The notes beneath the pieces are model-generated. The model was given only the letters and a program-made list of their open reading frames with translations. It was not told where the DNA came from and ran no database searches. 64,000 nt of DNA from Myxococcota bacterium (GTDB taxonomy: Bacteria > Myxococcota_A > UBA796 > CAJQPC01): the NCBI GenBank assembly GCA_036229005.1, contig JAZAMN010000004.1:32001-96000 (forward strand), read 5' to 3'. A program made the translations under genes and the position numbers. Below, piece by piece: positions 57,155 to 64,000 of this stretch. Position 1 is the stretch's first letter; the number at the start of each line of letters is the position of its first letter.

Positions 57155-58144
57155 ATGAGCGGGCTCCTCGCCCTCCTTGACGACGTCGCCGCCATCGCCA
57201 AAGTCGCCGCCTCCAGCATCGACGATGTCGCCTCCGCGGCGGCCGAGGCCAGCAGCAAGACCGCCGGCGTGGTGATCGACGACGCCGCTGTCGCCCCCAA
57301 GTACGTCCAGGGCTTCCAGCCGGAGCGGGAGCTGCCCATCATCTGGCAGATCGCCAAGGGCTCCCTGCTGAACAAGCTCGTGGTGCTGCTGCCCGCCGCC
57401 ATGCTGCTCAACCGCTTCGCGCCCGGCGCCATCACCCCGCTGCTCATGCTGGGCGGCAGCTACCTGTGCTTCGAGGGCGCCGAGAAGATCCTCCACGCCG
57501 TGATGCCCCACGACGACGCGCCCGGAGAGGCGGAGGAGGCCTACGACTCCCCCGAGGCCCTGGAGCAGGCCAAGGTCAAGGGCGCGGTCAAGACCGACTT
57601 CATCCTGTCCGCGGAGATCATGGCCATCTCCCTGTCCGCCATCCCCGAGAGCACGCTGATGATCGAGGCCGGCGCCCTGGCGATGGTCGGCACGGGCGTC
57701 ACCCTGGGCGTCTACGGCGTCGTCGGCCTGATCATCAAGATGGACGACGTGGGCTTGCACCTGGCCGCCAAGGGCCAAAGCCGCGCGGTCCAGGCCTTCG
57801 GGCGCGGGCTGGTGCGCGGCATGCCCATCCTGCTCAAGGTGCTCTCCGTGGTCGGCACCGCCGCCATGCTGTGGGTGGGCGGGAACATCGTCATCCACGG
57901 CCTGCACGAGCTCGGCGTCCACCACCCCTACCAAGAGATCCACCACATCGCCGAAGCCGCCGGGCACGCCATGCCCCAAGCGCTCACCGGCGCTGTGTCC
58001 TGGGTGGTCACTGCGGCCTGTGACGGCGTGCTGGGGCTGCTCTACGGCCTGCTGCTCATCCCCCTGGTCACCAAGGTGCTCTCGCCGGTGTTCGGCAAGC
58101 TCAAGGGCCTGTGGCCCCGCAAGGCCGAGGCCGCTCCGGAGTGA
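57155..58144 (+). CDS. DUF808 (YedI-like) inner-membrane protein
   Basis: LLALLDDVA, KTAGVVIDDAAV, RELPIIWQIAKGS, YLCFEGAEK, TDFILSAEIM, KMDDVG. Confidence 0.9.
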   Translation: MSGLLALLDDVAAIAKVAASSIDDVASAAAEASSKTAGVVIDDAAVAPKYVQGFQPERELPIIWQIAKGSLLNKLVVLLPAAMLLNRFAPGAITPLLMLGGSYLCFEGAEKILHAVMPHDDAPGEAEEAYDSPEALEQAKVKGAVKTDFILSAEIMAISLSAIPESTLMIEAGALAMVGTGVTLGVYGVVGLIIKMDDVGLHLAAKGQSRAVQAFGRGLVRGMPILLKVLSVVGTAAMLWVGGNIVIHGLHELGVHHPYQEIHHIAEAAGHAMPQALTGAVSWVVTAACDGVLGLLYGLLLIPLVTKVLSPVFGKLKGLWPRKAEAAPE

Positions 58145-60021
58145 AGCGCCGGACCTTCCTCATCGCAGGCTCCGCCGTCGCCGGACTGGGTCTGGTGGGA
58201 GGGGCTGTTGGGCTCAAGCGCATCCAGGCCCACCGCCAGAGCCTCCCGCCCGTGGGCACCGGAACAGCAGATCGGGTCACCGGCGAGGTCAGGGTGGCGG
58301 TGATCGGCGGCGGCCTGGCCGGGATGGCAGCGGCGGCGACCCTGGCGGAGCGCGGCTACCGGGTGACGCTGCTGGAGGCCGCCTCGCAGCTCGGCGGCAA
58401 GCTGGCGGGCTGGCCCATCCAGGTGCAGGGCGAGACGGTGCCCATGGAGCACGGTTTCCACGGCTTCTTCTCGCAGTACTACAACCTGCGACAGTTCCTG
58501 CATCAGGCGGGGGCCGACCAGCACTTCGTGCCGCAGCAGGCCTACACGGTGCTGTTCGCGGACGGCCACGAAGAGGCCTTCGGGGGCGGCGAGCAGCAGC
58601 CCTTCCCCCTGGACCTGCTGCAGGTGCTCAAGGAGTCGCCCACCCTGGGCTTCTTCGACGTCGCCGGGGACCGGCCGGGCATGCAGGCGCTGCTCAGCTA
58701 CCACCCCGAGCACACCTTCGCGCGCTGGGACGGGCTGGACGCCGAGCGCTTCGTCACCCAGGGCAAGCTGGAGGGTCCCTTCTCCGAGCTGGTGCTGCGC
58801 CCCTTTGGGCAGGCCTCCATGAACAGCCTGGAGCACTTCTCCGCCGCGGAGCTGATCCGCTTCTTCCACTTCTACATGCTGGGAAACCCCGAGGGCCTGG
58901 GCTTCGACGCTCTGGGGCTGGGCTGCCACCTGTCCATCCTGGCGCCCCTGCAGGCCCACCTGGAGGCCCTGGGAGTGGACATCCGCCTGAGCACGCCAGC
59001 CCGCAAGGTGGAGCTCCAGGACGGGCGCGCGACGGGCGTGCGGGTGGGCAGCGGGACCCAGACGCTGAGCGTCCCGCTGTCGCAGATTCCTGAGCAGGGG
59101 TGGGTCGCTGTGGGGCCCGCGTTTGTGCGACAGGTCCCCGGGGGCTTCGAGGCCCTGGACGGGCGCTGCACCCACATGGGCTGTCCGGTGGGGCTGTCGC
59201 AGACTGGGGGCTTTGTGTGTCCGTGTCACGCGGGCCGCTACGACGAGCGCGGACAGAACATCGGCGGGCCGCCCCCGCGGCCCCTGCAGCCCATCCAGGT
59301 GGAGCAGGTGGGAGATGTGCTTCAGCTTGTCCTCGCCGGCGCTGATGAGCTCCTGGAGGTGGAGCAGGTCATCCTGGCGACGGAGGTGGGGGGCCTGCAG
59401 GCTCTGGCTGATACATCTTCCTTCTCCTCCCTGGCCCCCGGGCTGCATGAGGCCGCCCACGCGGTGACGATGGCCGAGCCCTATGCGGTGTGTCGCTTCT
59501 GGTTTGATACACCTGTGCGGGCCGGACGCACGGACTTCTACACCGTCGCGGGCTTTGACTGGACCGACTCGCTGGCCATCTACTCGCAGTTCCAGCACCC
59601 CTTCATCGAGTGGGCCGAGCGCACGGGTGGGTGTGTCATCGAGTCCCACGCCTACGCCATCCCCCCCGAGCTGGAGGGCAGCGTCCAGGACCACGAGGCC
59701 GCCCTGCTCGCGGAGCTGCGGCAGGCCTTCCCCGAGCTCGCGGACGCCAAGGTGCTGCACGCGGAGTCGATGACCCAGCGGAACTTCACGGGTTTTGCGC
59801 CTGGGGCCTGGGACAAGCGCAGCGGCGTGCAGACGGAGATCCCCAACCTGTGGCTGGCGGGGGATCACGTCAAGCTGGACTTCCCCGCCTTCTTGATGGA
59901 GGCCGCGGTCTCCAGCGGGCGCCTGGCGGCGGCCCACATCTGCGCAGGGGACGGGGTGCGGGAGCCCGAGCTGCACGCGGTGGAGCTGCAGGGCCGGCTG
60001 GCTGGGGTTCTGCCGAGCTGA
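58141..60021 (+). CDS. FAD-dependent oxidoreductase with an inserted Rieske domain (CrtU/CruE carotenoid desaturase-like) and Tat signal
   Basis: KRRTFL, VIGGGLAG, EHGFHGFFSQYYNL, CTHMGC and CPCHAG, LAGD, MEAAVSSG; GTGA overlap. Confidence 0.8.
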   Translation: MKRRTFLIAGSAVAGLGLVGGAVGLKRIQAHRQSLPPVGTGTADRVTGEVRVAVIGGGLAGMAAAATLAERGYRVTLLEAASQLGGKLAGWPIQVQGETVPMEHGFHGFFSQYYNLRQFLHQAGADQHFVPQQAYTVLFADGHEEAFGGGEQQPFPLDLLQVLKESPTLGFFDVAGDRPGMQALLSYHPEHTFARWDGLDAERFVTQGKLEGPFSELVLRPFGQASMNSLEHFSAAELIRFFHFYMLGNPEGLGFDALGLGCHLSILAPLQAHLEALGVDIRLSTPARKVELQDGRATGVRVGSGTQTLSVPLSQIPEQGWVAVGPAFVRQVPGGFEALDGRCTHMGCPVGLSQTGGFVCPCHAGRYDERGQNIGGPPPRPLQPIQVEQVGDVLQLVLAGADELLEVEQVILATEVGGLQALADTSSFSSLAPGLHEAAHAVTMAEPYAVCRFWFDTPVRAGRTDFYTVAGFDWTDSLAIYSQFQHPFIEWAERTGGCVIESHAYAIPPELEGSVQDHEAALLAELRQAFPELADAKVLHAESMTQRNFTGFAPGAWDKRSGVQTEIPNLWLAGDHVKLDFPAFLMEAAVSSGRLAAAHICAGDGVREPELHAVELQGRLAGVLPS

Positions 60022-60039
60022 GCGCGGGCGGTGCGTCTC

Positions 60040-60771
60040 TCAGGGCTGCCCGGGCGCCTGCAGGTGACGCTCCATCCACGCCTTCGCGAAGGCCACCCCC
60101 TGGGCCGCGGGGATGCAGTGGCTCGGTGCGTTCCCGACTCGTCCTTGGCTGGCCAACCCGGCCGCGAGCAGCTCTCTGAGGATGAGGGAGAAGTAGTCCG
60201 GGCCCTCCCAGGGACGGATCCCCACCTCGTCGTCCAGGCAGCGCACACAGATCTCGCGGCACCCTCCCGCCGGCGAGGTCACCCGCACCCGGTGCTCGGT
60301 CCGCCGCTTGTCGCTGACCTCCGCCAGGTACTCCGCGTGGTGGAACAGGGTCGTGGTGTCCTCGTCGGCGCCCATCCGCAGCACCTTGCCGCCGACCGCC
60401 ACCAGGCGCTCAAGCGGTGAGCCCGGGCCGTAGTAGTCATCCAGCGGTGGCTCCTCCACGAGCGCCTCAGCCCGGGCCCCCCAGGCGCCCATCCTGGTGA
60501 TGGGGTGCGCGTTCAGGATCACCCCGGGCCGGGTGCGGAAGACCTCGGAGAGCACGCCCAGCTCATCCCAGGCGGGGCTGGTCTGGGGGTGAAAGGGAGG
60601 CTCCTCGGGGGCGCAGATGAGCATCAGCAGGCTGCCTTTGGGCCCGATGGTCTGCTGCAGTGCGTCCAGGAGTTCGTCTGCGCGGCACCCCACCGCGCGC
60701 ATGGAGGCGTGGAGCATCAGGGTGTCGCCGGGGACGACGCCGAGGGCGCGGAGCTGGGCGGGAAGAGGCAT
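60040..60771 (-). CDS. AAC(3)-family (aminoglycoside N3-acetyltransferase-like) protein
   Basis: LGVVPGDTLMLHASMRAVG, GVLSEVFR, HP, YGPGSPLERL, TLFHHAEYLA, GRVGNA. Confidence 0.85.
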   Translation of the reverse strand: MPLPAQLRALGVVPGDTLMLHASMRAVGCRADELLDALQQTIGPKGSLLMLICAPEEPPFHPQTSPAWDELGVLSEVFRTRPGVILNAHPITRMGAWGARAEALVEEPPLDDYYGPGSPLERLVAVGGKVLRMGADEDTTTLFHHAEYLAEVSDKRRTEHRVRVTSPAGGCREICVRCLDDEVGIRPWEGPDYFSLILRELLAAGLASQGRVGNAPSHCIPAAQGVAFAKAWMERHLQAPGQP

Positions 60772-60833
60772 GGGGCCAAGGATGCGGTGAGCGGAGGGTT
60801 GTTTCAGCCTGTCAAGGCAGCGCCACAGGATCC

Positions 60834-60849
60834 TGGCATGGATCGTGCG
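60834..60849 (+). promoter_or_regulatory. Possible sigma-54 promoter for the olfactomedin-domain gene
   Basis: TGGCAT-GGATC-GTGCG, GG-N10-GC spacing, 50 nt upstream of ATG 60899. Confidence 0.35.
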
Positions 60850-60898
60850 CGCACCTGCGTGCGGACGAGGTATGGAGGGCCCCCACGAGAGGTTCCCC

Positions 60899-63157
60899 AT
60901 GCTGCTCCTGCTCTCCCTGCTCGCTTGCAAGGACGCCACCCAAGACACCGCCCCGCTGTTCGCTGACGCGGATCAGGACGGCTTCAACGCCGCGGACGAC
61001 TGCGACGACGACAACGCGTCGGTCTACCCCGGGGCCAGCGAGGTCTGCGACGGCCTGGACAACGACTGCGATGGGACGGCCGACAACGGCGCCAGCGACG
61101 CGGTGGTCTGGTACCAGGACGCCGACGGCGATGGCTTCGGCGACACAGACGCCACCCTGGAGGCCTGCACGGTGCCCGCCGGCTACTCGGCCGTGGCTGG
61201 GGACTGCGATGACAGCAGCATCTACATCAACCCCGGCGCGGTGGAGGACGACTGCACCGACCCCGTGGACTACAACTGTGATGGGTCAGTGGGCTACGCG
61301 GACGCCGACGGCGACGGAGTCCCCGCGTGTGAGGACTGCGACGACAGCGACGCGGCGCGGCTCCCCGGTGGGGTCGAGATCTGTGATGAGTTGGACAACG
61401 ACTGCGACGGGCAGGTCGACAACGACGCCAGCGACGCTTCGACCTGGTACATCGACCACGACACCGATGGCTTCGGCTCCAGCGACTACACCCTGGCCGC
61501 CTGCGCCCAGCCCTTGGGCTACGTGGACAACGACCAGGACTGCGACGACAACGCGGAGCAGGCCTTCCCCGGCGGGGTCGAGGTTTGTGATGGCTTGGAC
61601 AACGACTGCGACGGGAACATCGACCCGGCCAGCGCCTCCGACGCGGCCACCTGGTACGCGGACAACGACAGCGATGGCTTCGGCGACCCCAGCACCACAC
61701 AGATCGCCTGCGAGGAGCCCACCGGCTATTCGGCCGACGCCTCGGACTGCGACGACAGCGACGCGGACGTGAACCCGGACGGGACGGAGCTCTGCGACGG
61801 TCAGGACAACGACTGTGATGGGGACACGGATGAGGACAGCGCGGCGGACGCCAGCACCTGGTACATCGACTACGACTCCGATGGCTACGGCAGCAGCAGC
61901 TACAGCTTGAGGGGCTGCGAGGCCCCCAGCGGCTATGTGTCCACCACCACAGACTGTGATGACACCGACAGCTCGGTGAACCCTGTCGCCAGCGAGGTCT
62001 GTGATGGCGTGGACAACGACTGTGACGGGGTGACCGACCCGACCAGCGCCGTGGACGCCGGGACCTGGTACCTGGACGCGGATCTGGACGGCTACGGGGA
62101 CGCGGGCACCAGCTACACCGGCTGCGAGCAGCCCAGCGGCTACCTGGAGGACGACTCGGACTGCGATGACGCCGACAGCGCCGTGAGCCCGGACGCCGAG
62201 GAGGTCTGCGACAGCGTGGACAACAACTGTGATGGGACCGTGGACGAGGACAGCGCCACGGACGCGTCGACCTGGTACCTGGACAGCGACGGGGACGGCT
62301 ACGGCGACGCCAGCGCCACGACCGCAGCCTGCGACCAGCCCAGCGGCTACGTCTCGGATGACACGGACTGTGACGACAGCGACAGCAGCGTGGGGAACTG
62401 CTACGACTGCGACGTGACGGCGCTGGGCTCGCCCAGCTACCAGACCAGCCGGAGCCTCACCTACGGTCAGTGGATGCAGGATCCCCTGGAGACCCTGGGC
62501 AGCGGGATCGTGTGGGAGATGTCCCACTACACGGGCTCGACGGTGACGGAGTACCCCAGCCTGGCGGACTTCCAGGCGCAGACCAGCGGCACGACGACCA
62601 CGCTGCCCTACGCGTTCAACGGCACCGGCGCCACCGTGTATGACGGCTATCTGTACTACAACGCCGAGAACAGCAACACGCTGGTCGAGGTCGACCTGGC
62701 CACCGGGGCGGTGAACAGCACCCTGACCCTGACGGGCGCGGGCTACCGCAACACCTACCACTACCAGTGGGGCGGCTGGTCGGACATCGACTTCGCGGTG
62801 GACGAGAACGGCCTGTGGGTGATCTACGCGACCGCCGCAAACAGCGGCCGCATCGTGGTCTCCAGCCTGGACACCCAGCCCCTGTCGGTGGTGGACACCT
62901 GGAACACGAACTCGGACACCAAGACCAGCGTCGGCAACGCGTTCATGGTCTGTGGCGTGCTCTACGCGTCGGACCGGTACAACGGCTCCAGCACCACGCT
63001 GGACTACAAGTACGACACCGCGGACTCCACGGACAGCGCCATCAGCATCTCCTTCTCCCAGAACGGCTACAACAGCCACATGGAGTACAACCCGGCCACG
63101 GGGGAGATCCGGAGCTGGGACAACCGGCAGCTCTACACCTACGCCGTCAGCTACTGA
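60899..63157 (+). CDS. Lipoprotein with about 8 MopE-type repeats and a C-terminal olfactomedin domain
   Basis: MLLLLSLLAC; repeated WY.D.D.DG.G...DCDD...E.CDG.DNDCDG; YGQWMQDP, GTGATVYDG, YQWGGWSDIDFAVDENGLWVIYAT, GNAFMVCGVLY, MEYNP, WDN. Confidence 0.88.
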   Translation: MLLLLSLLACKDATQDTAPLFADADQDGFNAADDCDDDNASVYPGASEVCDGLDNDCDGTADNGASDAVVWYQDADGDGFGDTDATLEACTVPAGYSAVAGDCDDSSIYINPGAVEDDCTDPVDYNCDGSVGYADADGDGVPACEDCDDSDAARLPGGVEICDELDNDCDGQVDNDASDASTWYIDHDTDGFGSSDYTLAACAQPLGYVDNDQDCDDNAEQAFPGGVEVCDGLDNDCDGNIDPASASDAATWYADNDSDGFGDPSTTQIACEEPTGYSADASDCDDSDADVNPDGTELCDGQDNDCDGDTDEDSAADASTWYIDYDSDGYGSSSYSLRGCEAPSGYVSTTTDCDDTDSSVNPVASEVCDGVDNDCDGVTDPTSAVDAGTWYLDADLDGYGDAGTSYTGCEQPSGYLEDDSDCDDADSAVSPDAEEVCDSVDNNCDGTVDEDSATDASTWYLDSDGDGYGDASATTAACDQPSGYVSDDTDCDDSDSSVGNCYDCDVTALGSPSYQTSRSLTYGQWMQDPLETLGSGIVWEMSHYTGSTVTEYPSLADFQAQTSGTTTTLPYAFNGTGATVYDGYLYYNAENSNTLVEVDLATGAVNSTLTLTGAGYRNTYHYQWGGWSDIDFAVDENGLWVIYATAANSGRIVVSSLDTQPLSVVDTWNTNSDTKTSVGNAFMVCGVLYASDRYNGSSTTLDYKYDTADSTDSAISISFSQNGYNSHMEYNPATGEIRSWDNRQLYTYAVSY

Positions 63158-63259
63158 GGGCGGCCGGTACCGAGCAGTGACATGGGGGGGCAGCTCGGGG
63201 CCCCGGTTTGCGCGCCGGGGGCCAGGATGTGATGTGGCCGAACGATTTGGAGGCTTGCT

Positions 63260-64000
63260 TTGTCACTCTTGGATCCCCCCTTGGAGCACTGGCTCACCGC
63301 GAACGGGGATCACCGTCAGCTCCTGGACCCCGAGACGGGGCTGACCCGCTACCGCACCTCGAACGCCCCCAGGCCGGGCATCCCCCTGGGCTCCTGCACG
63401 GCGTCCTGGCCCTCGGAGCGCGGCTTCGCGATGGGGCAGTCGGTCCTGCAGCGCATGCGCGGGCTGCCGGATGGCCACCAGGCTGTGGAGGGGGAGTGCC
63501 GTCGCCTGCGCCCCCGTCTGCGGCGGGTCTTCGAGATGGATGAGGGCCCGGCGATGGTCCTGGCCCCCTCCGGCACCGATGCGATCTACATGGTCAGCGC
63601 GGTGCTGCTGGCGCGGCCTGGGATCGACAGCGTGCACCACATCGTCGTCGGCGCCTCGGAGCTGGGGAGCGGGACCGTCCGGGCGTCTCGCGGGCTGACC
63701 TTCTCCACCCACACGCCCTTTGGGGGAGAGGTGGCTGTGGGGCACCCGGTGGCTGGGCTTGCACCCCGCTGCACCGCGGAGCCCGCATACCTTCGAGAGG
63801 AGGACGGAGACGAGGTCACCCTGGAGCAGATCGACGCCCAGGTCGGCGCGCGCGCCCGCGAGGTGGTCGCCCAGGGCCGCGCGGTGCTGGTCCACCTGGT
63901 CGCGCACTCCAAGACCGGGCTGCGGGCGCCCTCCCTGCAGGCCATGGTGGCGCTCAAGCAGGAGCTGGGGGAGCGCTTCCACGTCATGGTGGACGCCGCC
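63260..64000 (+). CDS. Uncharacterised PLP-dependent transferase-like protein, truncated by the window end (absent from the ORF track)
   Basis: GGAGG then TTG; open to the window end; GD...LDPETGL, GSCTAS, LAPSGTDA, ELGSG, HSKTG, VMVDA. Confidence 0.6.
   Translation, partial: MSLLDPPLEHWLTANGDHRQLLDPETGLTRYRTSNAPRPGIPLGSCTASWPSERGFAMGQSVLQRMRGLPDGHQAVEGECRRLRPRLRRVFEMDEGPAMVLAPSGTDAIYMVSAVLLARPGIDSVHHIVVGASELGSGTVRASRGLTFSTHTPFGGEVAVGHPVAGLAPRCTAEPAYLREEDGDEVTLEQIDAQVGARAREVVAQGRAVLVHLVAHSKTGLRAPSLQAMVALKQELGERFHVMVDAA

Noticed and set aside
60040..60771. Mobile aminoglycoside-resistance cassette
   Set aside because: No integron, attC or IS context; AAC(3)-like homologues are common chromosomal genes and substrate cannot be inferred

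Overview
High-GC bacterial chromosomal segment that looks myxobacterial (Myxococcota-like): three proteins end in MYXO-CTERM-type sorting tails and many carry Asp/Cys-rich MopE-type repeats. Housekeeping genes include eno, acnB, plsB, CBS plus cystathionine gamma-lyase, amtB, pip, a fused 5-oxoprolinase and tmRNA (ssrA, 35398-35777, tag ANNNNNFALAA). Directly after ssrA lies a defence-type island (type I R-M hsdM/S/R, a small DUF3846-like ORF, a YgjP/M48 metalloprotease and an OLD-like ATPase-TOPRIM nuclease) with no visible integrase. The most unusual items are: (1) a tandem pair of lipoproteins resembling anthrax protective antigen / binary-toxin B pore-formers (6797-11072) plus a small membrane gene; (2) just downstream, a sigma-54-type promoter pointing into an ORF-free structured region with an 18-bp G.U-containing helix and four covarying hairpins (about 11654-12003), a candidate novel ncRNA or ssDNA-hairpin array; (3) a surface lipoprotein ending in a complete animal-type olfactomedin domain (60899-63157); (4) a symmetric 31-bp-period mirror repeat (16694-16949); (5) several apparent pseudoenzymes and a DUF4157 effector-like protein. 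All family calls come from motif recognition by eye; no database searches were run.
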